A stretch of 53,428 nucleotides of DNA from a virus (lineage: Duplodnaviria; Caudoviricetes): positions 1 to 53,428 of IMG/VR virus record IMGVR_UViG_3300031857_000258; one strand, given 5' to 3'. The notes under the pieces are model-generated. The model had not been told where the DNA came from, searched no databases, and saw nothing but the letters and a program-made list of their open reading frames with translations. Numbering within the stretch: position 1 is the stretch's first letter; the number at the start of each line of letters is the position of its first letter. Both the position numbers and the translations under genes were made by a program. This document shows, in pieces, positions 43,654 to 53,428 of the stretch.

Positions 43654-46600
43654 TTATGCTTGTGCTTCTGTCCAAGAGATACGTGATTGAATGTTTCGTG
43701 CGTTCGTATTTAAACTTGTTACAACAATTGTCACCACATCAGGACCATCTGGGAATACTTGTGTTCCTGTGCTGTTATTTGTGCCGCCACCGTTAACAGA
43801 GTTACCGAGGTCACGAACAAGGTTCAAATCTTGTTGTGTAGCAGAATAAATTGTACCGCCACCATCGTTATTAACGAAGAATGCGTAAATCAAGTCACCA
43901 CCACGAACGTTACGCCCCGCTGTATGATAACATACTTGCGAAAGGCTTGGAGCACCAGCAGTTTGCCATGTGTCACCAGAATCTACAATACCATTCAAGA
44001 TCAATTTAACCAAGAAAATACCATTTGTTAAAATATCCAATTGACGAAGTGTCAACTGCATTGTATTGAGAACTTCACGTTGGCCAAGAACACCTGGAAT
44101 ACCAGAATCAACTGAAGGTGCGAGTCTAATTGAAAGAACTGCGTTCGTTGCACCTGCACCAATATTAATTGATGAGGTTGACGGTGTAGAGAACACGAAT
44201 GATTTATCGTCATCGTAACGACCGTCCATAATAACAGAAGAACCCCAGTGTGATATGGCTGGTACAAACTGTGGTCTTGCAAGGGAAACCGCAATTGGTG
44301 CAGTAGCAGAATAGGTGTGTCCAGTTGCTGTTACACCCATTGGATCAACAATCAAGGTTAAGCCACTACCTGCGGCTGTGGCCGCACGGCTCATTTGAAT
44401 ACTGTTTGGAGTGCCTGCTGTAATAGAAATAATAAATGTTCCTGTTGAAATTCCCGTACCTGTAATTCTTTGACCAACTTGAAGACCTGTTGTTGGTGAT
44501 GTTGTTGTCATGGTTGTTGAACCACCAACAGTCACACAACCAGTAAGTGCAGTATTACCTGTTCCACCACGTGTTAAACCTGTAAATGTACCGGCAGTTT
44601 TACCTGTGTAGTTGATGTATTCCATATTTGCTGGATTTTTAATTAATAGTGAACCCGCAGAAGGAAAGTTTGCTGTGTTTGCAACAGAAATACTTGTATC
44701 ACCGGAAGAAATTGAACCGGTGATTAATGTTTCTGGTACATATGTGTTAACTTCATAACGTGCTGGAAGGTTACCTGAACGTAGATATGCTTCTGTCAAC
44801 TGATTGTTATGAATAAATCTGTGGCAATAAATGACTTGACCTGATTGATCTTTGAAACCGAATCGGATTGCACCTGCACCATACCAAGAATAGTCCATAT
44901 AGAACATCTGAATTCTGGACAAGTCGATGTTGTAACCTGAAGGTCCTGTTCCGTCCATACGGTCCAAGTTCCATGCAGTTTGTGCAATTCTAGTATCAAT
45001 AATTTCTGAAATAACTGCTGTCGCTTTACCTGATAATGTTACACCACGGTATGGTGGAGAAATTTGCATGGATGTGTCTGATGCAATTGACATAATTTTG
45101 TAACACATACCACGAATAGAAATGAACTGGCCGGGGAAACATTGTTTGCTAAACAATGTTGTTACACCGTTTACAGTTGCACCAGTTACAGTTGATGATC
45201 CGTTGGTTACGTTTACATAACCAGATAGTTGTGTTGTTGAACTTCTACGAACGGCCCACAGAGTTTGTCCATCATATTCAAAGAACATACCGTTAGTCGC
45301 AGTAAACATACCAATACGTGCTGATGCACCATACCAGTTTGTGACACTCAGTAATGAATTTCCGGATGCTGGTGTTGCAGATGGTGTTGAAAGTGCTGTG
45401 TAAGTGAATGTATAATTTGTTGGTGTATCAACAACAGTAAAGTTTCCGTTATACGCAGTTTCAGTACAACCAGCAATTGTTATACCGACACCTGGAAACA
45501 AAAAGTGTGCAACTTTTGTTGTAACAGTTACTGTTGTGCCTGAAGAAGAAATTTGGTCAACAATAATATTTGGACGAAGAATCGTACCTGTTGACCATTG
45601 AATGCCCTTACCAGATTGATAACGGAAGTAACGGCGAGTCTGACGAACAATAGCATTGTCTTGAGCGCCAGTACCCATAGATAATGCTGTACCACCATCA
45701 AAAGGTCTGTGTGCGGCTACACCGTATGGTTCAGCATAAACTCCACCGCCAGCACCAACAGCAATCGAACCTGTGGGTGCGCTTGTAACACGAACTTTAA
45801 ATGAAGTTGATGACGTTACAGTAACAACAGTCCAGTTACCATTAGGTGCATTTGTTGATGCTGTTAAGCCGTAGCAATAGATGGAAGAACCAACACTCAA
45901 TCCGTGTGGTTCGTTTGTTGTGAATGTTACTAATGTACCTGAGTTAGTAATTGTTGAAATTGAAAAGGCGGCACCAGTATAGAAACCACCAGAAAATACT
46001 TGTGTGGAAACAGAATTGAAAATAGATTCTGTTACGTTTGCACTCGATGATCCAGAATAAACAACGTTAGCACCTGATCTAGAATCTGCAATAAACAATC
46101 CATTGAAGTCATCGTTGTATGTGTCTTGCAACTGAATTGGTGTGCCCGCTTCTGGTACTTGAGTTGGTGTAATAAAATAACCTGCACCAGAAATTGCTAC
46201 GTTAGCTGATGCTTGAAGTTGTAGTGAAGTGTTATTTGCAACTGTAGAAACAATACCAACAAACACATTGGATGCATTATAAATTGCATAACCCGGAACA
46301 ATTTGAGTAGTAAATGACGAACTTAATCCTGTTAATGTTGCACCAGATGTGGTTACTATTCCGGATCCTGTTGCTTGTGTGAAGGTTATCGTTGCATTCT
46401 TGGAGCCAGAAGTTGTTATAATATCTGTAACTGTTAGTGGCTGTTGCAGGTTTGGATAGTACGTTGAACGGTTTGATAAGTAATTAACTGTTTCCCATTT
46501 CGTAGGCTGTAGACCATATTCAAAGTCGGTATCAATTAGAGACTGTGGTAAAGATGTACGGAGTTTACTTACAGGATCCATCAACGTTTCTGATGGCATA

Positions 46601-46893
46601 ATTGACTGGTCAACTTCATCAACAAGAATTGAAATCTTGTCGGCTGAAGACATAGCCGCAGTGTTGTATGCAAGAACAATCGTGGTCTGTGTTGCACTTG
46701 GAGAACCAGGAGTAACCGTAGCGGTCAGAACCGGGTCTGAAAAGTTGTAAATAACTTTATTACCAGCGGTTACGTTAGTAATCAGAACAAGTCTCTCCGC
46801 AGGGTAGTAATGCGGAATAATGATTGTTTTAGTTGCAGGATTAAAAGAATAGTTTGGGTTGGTACTATTCTCTAAAATTACTCTACGTGCCAT
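43654..46893 (-). CDS. Large virion structural protein
   Basis: 1079 aa, Thr/Gly/Ser-rich; SLIDTDFEYGLQPTKWE, RQTRRYFRYQSGKG, YSWYGAG. Confidence 0.75.
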   Translation of the reverse strand: MARRVILENSTNPNYSFNPATKTIIIPHYYPAERLVLITNVTAGNKVIYNFSDPVLTATVTPGSPSATQTTIVLAYNTAAMSSADKISILVDEVDQSIMPSETLMDPVSKLRTSLPQSLIDTDFEYGLQPTKWETVNYLSNRSTYYPNLQQPLTVTDIITTSGSKNATITFTQATGSGIVTTSGATLTGLSSSFTTQIVPGYAIYNASNVFVGIVSTVANNTSLQLQASANVAISGAGYFITPTQVPEAGTPIQLQDTYNDDFNGLFIADSRSGANVVYSGSSSANVTESIFNSVSTQVFSGGFYTGAAFSISTITNSGTLVTFTTNEPHGLSVGSSIYCYGLTASTNAPNGNWTVVTVTSSTSFKVRVTSAPTGSIAVGAGGGVYAEPYGVAAHRPFDGGTALSMGTGAQDNAIVRQTRRYFRYQSGKGIQWSTGTILRPNIIVDQISSSGTTVTVTTKVAHFLFPGVGITIAGCTETAYNGNFTVVDTPTNYTFTYTALSTPSATPASGNSLLSVTNWYGASARIGMFTATNGMFFEYDGQTLWAVRRSSTTQLSGYVNVTNGSSTVTGATVNGVTTLFSKQCFPGQFISIRGMCYKIMSIASDTSMQISPPYRGVTLSGKATAVISEIIDTRIAQTAWNLDRMDGTGPSGYNIDLSRIQMFYMDYSWYGAGAIRFGFKDQSGQVIYCHRFIHNNQLTEAYLRSGNLPARYEVNTYVPETLITGSISSGDTSISVANTANFPSAGSLLIKNPANMEYINYTGKTAGTFTGLTRGGTGNTALTGCVTVGGSTTMTTTSPTTGLQVGQRITGTGISTGTFIISITAGTPNSIQMSRAATAAGSGLTLIVDPMGVTATGHTYSATAPIAVSLARPQFVPAISHWGSSVIMDGRYDDDKSFVFSTPSTSSINIGAGATNAVLSIRLAPSVDSGIPGVLGQREVLNTMQLTLRQLDILTNGIFLVKLILNGIVDSGDTWQTAGAPSLSQVCYHTAGRNVRGGDLIYAFFVNNDGGGTIYSATQQDLNLVRDLGNSVNGGGTNNSTGTQVFPDGPDVVTIVVTSLNTNARNIQSRISWTEAQA

Positions 46894-46910
46894 GTTTTAA
46901 ACTCCATTTA

Positions 46911-49900
46911 TTAATAACCAGTCATAATTGCTATTGGACTGAAAGGGTATTTCTTTGTTTGTGCCGCTGTTATCTGATTTGGTGCCAGAACTCTAATCGT
47001 GCAATCCATGTTGGTCTGTGGTGCAGAAGAAAATGATACTTGAGAAACATTTCCTGTGTTTGCTACGCTGTAACCTTTTGTGAATGCTAGGAAACCGGAA
47101 CCAAAAACTATATCATATGTATTTATGAATGGAGGAATCGACATACCTCCCAATTGAACCAGAATCTGTTCAGAAGCCAAAATATTTACTACATTTGCTT
47201 CTGCATAGAGGTCGAATGTTCTTGTAATACCATCAAAATATGCTGAAATATCATCAATTACTGTGATGTTTGTTGTTGCAGTATTTGCAACCGCATACGC
47301 CGCATTTGCTGTTGCATAACCAGCATTGGCGGTGGCATAACCAGCATTTGAGGTTGCGTATCCGGCATTAGCAGTTGCGTAAGCCGCATTTGCCATGTTG
47401 GAGATACCAAAACCCAAACGACCACCAATTGGAAGACCGATCTGTTTATATGTCGGCGCTGCCGCATATGTTGACCAGTCTTGGAAAGTATTCTCTGTCG
47501 ATACCATAATACCATCGGTATTACCGTTCGAAGAAATAACCCATTGTCCACCAGAAACACCAAATTCATTCCAGCGAATGTACGTATTAGTTTGATTACC
47601 ACGATTGATAACCAACTGGTTGTTTGATGTTGGTGTAATTGCTGTTGTCAGACCAGCACTCATCGTAATAACGTTTGTCTGAACGTCTAAGTTAGCTGAT
47701 GAAATTGCGGCAAATGAACCCTGAACTTGCAGATTACCAGTGATGATTACGTTACCGGTAATGAAACCTTCACCATTAACGTCAAGTGTATAACGAGGAT
47801 CACTTCTGTTAACACCAAGTCTTGCACGTGGTGCATCATAGAGCATAACACCAGTGTTACCTGTTGCTATACCAGCAATCAAATTGCCGTTTGCGGTTAC
47901 TGTTCCGGCGTATAAGTTTGCGGTTGCACCGGTGAGGTACAAAGGACCAGTCATTGTGTCGCCAGTTTTGGATACTTTGAGTGCCGCATTGCCTGTGATT
48001 TCACCACGGAGAGTTGCTACATTTGTAGAAACAATACTGTTTGTGTATAGGTTTGTCGATACAGCGTTAGCCGAAATTCTTGTATTGATTACGTTAGCAG
48101 TTAGGTTTGCAACGTTTGTTGTAATGTAAGCATCTGTATTCAAACGAAGTGTTGTTGCGTTTGTTGTAACCGAACCGTTCAGGGTGGCAACGTTGTTCGT
48201 AACTTCACCACGAATTGTGGACAAGTTAGCGGCAATCATAGTAACAGCCAATGAGTTTGCACCGGCAGCATTAGCCGTTATTTCACCACGAAGTGTTGCT
48301 ACATTAGCGGATATATTGGTATTAATTACGGAGTTAGCCGATACTGCATTGGCTGTGATCTCACCACGAAGTGTTGCTACATTAGCGGATATATTGGTAT
48401 TAATTACGGAGTTAGCCGATACTGCATTGGCTGTAATCTCGCCACGCAAGGTCGCCACATTAGCAGAAATGTTGGTATTAATTACGGAGTTGGCTGATGC
48501 CGCATTAGCAGTAATAGAACCGTTGATTGTCGATACATTAGAACTAATAGAACCATTAATCGTAGCAACGTTAGCAGAGATATTAGCATCTGTATATTGA
48601 TTTGCGGCCGTGTTGTTTGCTGTAATCTCTCCACGGAGAGTGGCAACGTTGGCTGATATTTCACCACGAAGTGTTGTAGTATTAGCGTCAATCGAACCAT
48701 TAATTGTTGCTACATTCGATGTGATTGAGCTATTTAATGTAGATACGTTACCTGATATTTCACCACGGAGAGTAGCAACATTTGCGGAGATGTTGGTATT
48801 GATAACTGAGTTAGCCGATATAGCATTGGCAGTAATCTCTCCACGGAGAGTTGCTACGTTGGATGTTATTGAGCCATTTAACGTGGAAACATTAGATGTA
48901 ATCGAACCGTTTATTGTGGCTACGTTAGCCGATATATTAGTATTGATTACAGAGTTTGCTGATATCGCATTGGCTGTAATCTCTCCACGCAAGGTAGTCA
49001 CGTTAGCAGATATATTGGTATCAATAACAGAATTAGCCGATACTGCATTAGCCGTAATCTCACCACGTAGAGTAGCTACGTTGGCCGATATATTGGTATT
49101 GATTACAGAGTTGGCACTTATCGCATTCGCTGTAATAGAGCCATTGATTGTTGATACGTTACCTGAAATTTCACCACGTAGTGTTGCTACGTTAGCCGTT
49201 ATTTTTTGATCCATTGCAAGATTTGCAGACAAAGATTGCGTTGCAATGGATGTATTAATTGTTGTTACATTGGATGAAATTTCACCACGGAGTATGTCAA
49301 CGTTTGCAGAAATTGCAGAATTTACATATGTGTTTGTTGAAGTTGCATTCGATGCAATCTCACCACGTAACGTGGCTACGTTAGCTGAAATATTTGTGTT
49401 AATAACCGAGTTAGCCGATACAGCATTGGCTGTAATCTCACCACGGAGAGTGGCAACGTTGGATGTTATTGAACCATTTAATGTTGCTACGTTAGCTGAA
49501 ATGTTTGTGTTAATAACCGAGTTAGCCGATATAGCATTGGCAGTAATCTCTCCACGGAGAGTTGCTACGTTAGCCGATATATTGGTATTGATAACCGAGT
49601 TAGCCGAAACCGCATTCGCTGTAATCTCTCCACGTAAGGTGGCTACGTTAGCCGATATATTGGTATTGATAACCGAGTTGGCAGAAGCGGCATTAGAGGT
49701 GATTTCACCACGTAACGTGGCTACGTTAGCCGATATATTAGTATTGATTACAGAGTTGGCTGATACCGCATTAGCGGTGATTTCACCTCTTAGTGTTGCT
49801 ACGTTGGCGGAGATGTTTGTGTCAATTACCGAGTTGGCAGATACTGCATTAGCCGTTATTGAACCATTTAATGTGGCAACGTTTGCTGTAATCTCACCAC

Positions 49901-51707
49901 GTAAGGTGGCAACATTTGAAGAAATGTTTGTATCGATTACTGAATTGGCTGACACAGCATTAGCGGTGATTTCACCCCTCAAGGTGGCCACATTTGCGGA
50001 GATGTTGGTATTAATTACCGAGTTAGCACTTGCGGCGTTAGCTGTAATCTCTCCACGGAGAGTAGCAACGTTGGCACTAATATTAGTATCAATAACTGAG
50101 TTAGCCGATATAGCATTGGCAGTAATCTCACCACGAAGTGTGGCTACGTTGGCACTAATATTGGTATTGATTACAGAGTTGGCTGATACCGCATTAGCAG
50201 TAATCTCACCACGAAGTGTGGCTACGTTGGCACTAATATTGGTATTGATTACAGAGTTGGCTGATACCGCATTAGCAGTTATTTCTCCACGTAAGGTGGC
50301 AACGTTCGCAGAAATGTTAGTATCAATAACTGAGTTAGCTGATACCGCATTAGCAGTTATTTCTCCACGAAGTGTGGCTACATTTGAACTAATGTAAGAA
50401 TTGGTGTTTAGTATTGAACTATTTGCTGTATTATATGCACCATTGGCATGAACGTATGAAGAATTTGCTTGAGCAAAAGCCGCATTCGCTTGATTATAAC
50501 CAGTATTCGATGTATTATATGCACTATTAGCGTGAGCGTATGAAGAATTTGCAGTTGTGTATCCAGCATTAGCCGTGGCATATGCTGAATTAGAATTTTG
50601 ATATGCGGCATTTGCAATAGTTGATACAGTTGATACCGTATTTGAGATTGCATTAGTTATTTCAGTTGTAAAGGCTGTAATTTGTACTGTTGAGTCTGGA
50701 AATGTTAATGTTCCATCTTTTGTGAAATTCCATTGTGAGAAGATTCCACCACCAACATTTGCTTGTATTATAACATCTGTATTTGCATATACTGTTGATA
50801 CACCGAATGCTGCCGCAATAAAACCAGAAGCATCATTAAGAACATTTGCTGTAATTGCTATTTCATCCGTTGGTAAATTCAATATTCCGCCACCACCAGC
50901 AAATTTTAAATCTCCGGTCATTGTGTCGCCAGATTTACTTACTTTGGTGTTTGCTGTTGAATAAGCCGCATTAGCCGTTGCATAACCAGCATTAGCCGTT
51001 GCATAAGCCGCATTGGCGCTGGCATAACCAGCGTTAGCAGTAGCATACCCAGCATTAGCCGTTGCATAAGCCGCATTAGCCTGATTAAAAGCCGGTTGAA
51101 TTTGTGGTGTTACATTGTTGGCAGCCGCATAAGCGGCATTAGCCGTTGCATAAGCCGCATTAGCCTGATTAAAAGCCGGTTGAATTTGTGGTGTTACATT
51201 GTTGGCAGCCGCATAAGCGGCATTAGCCGTTGCATATGCACCGTTCGCATAACTACCTATCGCAATCTTTTCAAAACCTGTGCCAGTATTTGTCAACAGC
51301 CATGACTTATCAACTTCAGACCACATAAGTAATGTGTTTGGTTGATTACCCCTGGCAACTTCGATACCAGCATTTGCAATTGGAGTTCCATATGCATTCG
51401 CATTCAACGTAATAATATTATCGTTGATTAAAAGTATCTGTGTATTTGTATAAACAGTGTTACCATTAACAATAAAATCACCATTAATGGTTACATTGCC
51501 ACCAATTGTACCACCAGAAGAATTGAATTTTAAATTTGCTGTATTAAATGCGGCATTTGCATGTAATGAAACGGTGTTTATTTGAGAATAAACTGGACCC
51601 AATTCTTCACCAGCGGGAATATATTGTATATTCCTAACTTTTGTTGGGTTTTGTTGGCCACTTGATACTCTCACTGAGCCAATAGTTACTGTGTTACCTG
51701 TTGCCAT
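46911..51707 (-). CDS. Long coiled-coil repeat fibre protein
   Basis: 1598 aa; ANAAYAT heptads, KVSKSGDTMTG motifs, 11+15-residue repeats. Confidence 0.8.
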   Translation of the reverse strand: MATGNTVTIGSVRVSSGQQNPTKVRNIQYIPAGEELGPVYSQINTVSLHANAAFNTANLKFNSSGGTIGGNVTINGDFIVNGNTVYTNTQILLINDNIITLNANAYGTPIANAGIEVARGNQPNTLLMWSEVDKSWLLTNTGTGFEKIAIGSYANGAYATANAAYAAANNVTPQIQPAFNQANAAYATANAAYAAANNVTPQIQPAFNQANAAYATANAGYATANAGYASANAAYATANAGYATANAAYSTANTKVSKSGDTMTGDLKFAGGGGILNLPTDEIAITANVLNDASGFIAAAFGVSTVYANTDVIIQANVGGGIFSQWNFTKDGTLTFPDSTVQITAFTTEITNAISNTVSTVSTIANAAYQNSNSAYATANAGYTTANSSYAHANSAYNTSNTGYNQANAAFAQANSSYVHANGAYNTANSSILNTNSYISSNVATLRGEITANAVSANSVIDTNISANVATLRGEITANAVSANSVINTNISANVATLRGEITANAVSANSVINTNISANVATLRGEITANAISANSVIDTNISANVATLRGEITANAASANSVINTNISANVATLRGEITANAVSANSVIDTNISSNVATLRGEITANVATLNGSITANAVSANSVIDTNISANVATLRGEITANAVSANSVINTNISANVATLRGEITSNAASANSVINTNISANVATLRGEITANAVSANSVINTNISANVATLRGEITANAISANSVINTNISANVATLNGSITSNVATLRGEITANAVSANSVINTNISANVATLRGEIASNATSTNTYVNSAISANVDILRGEISSNVTTINTSIATQSLSANLAMDQKITANVATLRGEISGNVSTINGSITANAISANSVINTNISANVATLRGEITANAVSANSVIDTNISANVTTLRGEITANAISANSVINTNISANVATINGSITSNVSTLNGSITSNVATLRGEITANAISANSVINTNISANVATLRGEISGNVSTLNSSITSNVATINGSIDANTTTLRGEISANVATLRGEITANNTAANQYTDANISANVATINGSISSNVSTINGSITANAASANSVINTNISANVATLRGEITANAVSANSVINTNISANVATLRGEITANAVSANSVINTNISANVATLRGEITANAAGANSLAVTMIAANLSTIRGEVTNNVATLNGSVTTNATTLRLNTDAYITTNVANLTANVINTRISANAVSTNLYTNSIVSTNVATLRGEITGNAALKVSKTGDTMTGPLYLTGATANLYAGTVTANGNLIAGIATGNTGVMLYDAPRARLGVNRSDPRYTLDVNGEGFITGNVIITGNLQVQGSFAAISSANLDVQTNVITMSAGLTTAITPTSNNQLVINRGNQTNTYIRWNEFGVSGGQWVISSNGNTDGIMVSTENTFQDWSTYAAAPTYKQIGLPIGGRLGFGISNMANAAYATANAGYATSNAGYATANAGYATANAAYAVANTATTNITVIDDISAYFDGITRTFDLYAEANVVNILASEQILVQLGGMSIPPFINTYDIVFGSGFLAFTKGYSVANTGNVSQVSFSSAPQTNMDCTIRVLAPNQITAAQTKKYPFSPIAIMTGY
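48250..50400 (-). repeat. Tandem 78-bp (26-aa) coding repeat with 33-bp sub-units
   Basis: ANVATLRGEIT + ANAVSANSVINTNIS repeated; synonymous variation between copies; boundaries approximate. Confidence 0.9.
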
Positions 51708-52061
51708 TTATAACATGCCCGCTGTTTTTGTTACCTGTGGTGAAACATTAACAATTCCCTCCAAAACTCTCACTCTATTGCTTCCTCCAGCAGATGTAAT
51801 ATACACATCATAAACATATCTTCCGGCGTAAATGTTTGCTGTATTTGCCGAGGTCATACTCATTGTTATTGTTCCATTAGCACCACCTGTTGTGATTGAA
51901 AATGTTGCCGATGCATTGGATGAATAATATGATTTTCTCATTTGAGAAGTTGATGTATAGCCTACGAGATTCATGGGCTCACCACTCACATCATCAAGTG
52001 TGATTGTCGTGTTAAAGTCTGCACCTTGTTCTAAAAATAGTTCTGAATAACCTGCTGGCAT
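51708..52061 (-). CDS. Hypothetical virion protein
   Basis: LFLEQGADF, GRYVYDV, RVLEGIVNVSPQVT; beta-sandwich-like, fibre module. Confidence 0.7.
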   Translation of the reverse strand: MPAGYSELFLEQGADFNTTITLDDVSGEPMNLVGYTSTSQMRKSYYSSNASATFSITTGGANGTITMSMTSANTANIYAGRYVYDVYITSAGGSNRVRVLEGIVNVSPQVTKTAGML

Positions 52062-52138
52062 ATTGTTAGTTCCTTTAATGGTATATTTATTTGTTATTGG
52101 AACTTAATAACAGGACCAATACAACCTGGTCCCGTTAT

Positions 52139-53428
52139 TTACGGCAGTTTCTTCTTCAACTCTTTGATTTCTTCCGAAAGTTCTTTTACGGCTTCAATCA
52201 AAATTGCAGTGATTTGTGAGTAACGAACGGCTTTAGAAGTTTCATCATTTTCAATATTCTTGGTTTCATAAACAAGTTCTGGAGCAACCTTCTCAAGTTC
52301 TTGAGCAATAACACCAATCATTTTATCGGTTTTACCGATGTAGTTGAAAGTATAACCGTTCAGGGACTCAATCATCTCTAATCCATTAGGAATACGAACT
52401 ATATTTTCTTTGAGTTTGATATCGGATGGTGAACCGTATGCAGTAACATCCGCTACTGAAATAATTCCGTTTGCGTTTATTTGAGCCCAATTTGTACCAG
52501 TATGTGACGAAAATGTTACACCTTCATTAGATGAAGTTGCAATATTTGAGGGCACGGTGCTGTCGACCGCCGGAGTGAAAACAAATGTAGCATAATCACC
52601 ATACAAAGTCACAAGGCCGCCGCCGTTGAGTATTTCACCGGAAATAAACCCACCAACTGTTTTTAAATCGCCGGTGTTTGGATTTACTGTCACCGCTCTG
52701 GAACTAGAAAATGCTGTCTGAGCAACACCTAAGTTTTGAACGCCTACAATGTTCAATACTGGACCAGATCCGGTGCTTGTAGAATTAATTACAGTTGATG
52801 GTCCGCCTGGTCCAATAGGTCCAATTGGTCCGATAGGCCCTTGTGGTCCAAGAGGTCCGATGGGTCCAATAGGTCCGATTGGTCCTTGTGGTCCAATAGG
52901 TCCAATAGGTCCGATTGGTCCTTGTGGTCCAATAGGTCCAATTGGTCCAATTGGTCCGATAGGTCCCTGTGGTCCAATAGGTCCGATTGGTCCTTGTGGA
53001 CCGATAGGTCCAATTGGTCCGATAGGTCCGATTGGTCCTTGTGGTCCTGTAGGTCCTGTAGGCCCTCTAGGTCCGATGGGTCCAATAGGTCCGATTGGTC
53101 CCTGTGGTCCAATAGGTCCGATTGGTCCTTGTGGTCCGATTGGTCCAATGGGTCCTTGTGGTCCGATTGGTCCAATGGGTCCTTGTGGTCCAATAGGTCC
53201 GATTGGTCCTTGTGGTCCTGTTGGGCCTATAGGTCCAATAGGTCCAATAGGTCCGATGGGTCCTTGTGGTCCAATAGGACCAATAGGTCCGATTGGTCCA
53301 ATAGGACCTTGAGGTCCGATAACACCTCTTGCAGAGAAGTTAAGCATCAACACATCATTATTGGAAAACACACCAGTTGAAGACTGATAATTTACAGCAA
53401 GAACACCATAACCCGTTGATGTTGCAGA
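52139..53428 (-). CDS. Collagen-like tail fibre with S74 chaperone (5' truncated by window)
   Basis: Frame open to window edge; GPI/GPQ tract; [10 protein letters not shown]...GVIAQELE...[15 protein letters not shown]. Confidence 0.85.
   Translation of the reverse strand, partial: SATSTGYGVLAVNYQSSTGVFSNNDVLMLNFSARGVIGPQGPIGPIGPIGPIGPQGPIGPIGPIGPIGPTGPQGPIGPIGPQGPIGPIGPQGPIGPIGPQGPIGPIGPQGPIGPIGPIGPRGPTGPTGPQGPIGPIGPIGPIGPQGPIGPIGPQGPIGPIGPIGPIGPQGPIGPIGPIGPQGPIGPIGPIGPLGPQGPIGPIGPIGPGGPSTVINSTSTGSGPVLNIVGVQNLGVAQTAFSSSRAVTVNPNTGDLKTVGGFISGEILNGGGLVTLYGDYATFVFTPAVDSTVPSNIATSSNEGVTFSSHTGTNWAQINANGIISVADVTAYGSPSDIKLKENIVRIPNGLEMIESLNGYTFNYIGKTDKMIGVIAQELEKVAPELVYETKNIENDETSKAVRYSQITAILIEAVKELSEEIKELKKKLP

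Noticed and set aside
48250-50400. CRISPR-like or DGR template repeats
   Set aside because: Repeats are contiguous in-frame coding units with synonymous variation; no unique spacers, no adenine-specific TR/VR pair, no cas or reverse transcriptase in window.
40874-53380. Repetitive alternate-frame and antisense ORFs (DLLD-, WSNRS-, GPCGP-, VISPRRVATL-rich)
   Set aside because: Frame shadows of collagen and coiled-coil repeat genes.

Overview
A 53 kb segment of a large T4-like (myovirus) phage genome; essentially all real genes are on the minus strand. From right to left in transcription order: tail-fibre/virion genes (two collagen-like fibres with S74 chaperone ends and a 1598-aa repeat fibre), neck/tail/packaging/head module (gp13-gp23, gp3), uvsY/uvsW, late sigma gp55, gp47/gp46, peptide deformylase, a DUF4338-like gene, dNMP kinase, clamp and clamp loader (gp45/44/62), regA, hsp20, accessory genes (metallophosphoesterase, rubrerythrin + rubredoxin, SGNH hydrolase, dCMP deaminase). 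The window ends in a 5.5 kb array of 29 tRNA genes covering all 20 amino acids (plus one tRNA outside the array), interleaved with unusual tRNAs and several families of structured non-coding elements. The main finding is immediately upstream of the array: a 36-codon leader ORF (6033-6143, missed by the ORF track) uses all 20 amino acids and 32 different codons. Its 3' end can form an antiterminator helix that excludes the intrinsic terminator in front of the array. This looks like a pan-codon ribosome-stalling attenuator that would switch on phage tRNA supply whenever almost any host tRNA is depleted. The array also holds a repeated RNA scaffold displaying isolated Lys(UUU)/Thr(UGU) anticodon arms or a T-arm (possible decoys). 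All tRNA folds and pairings were worked out by hand; protein calls rest on motifs and synteny, not database searches.
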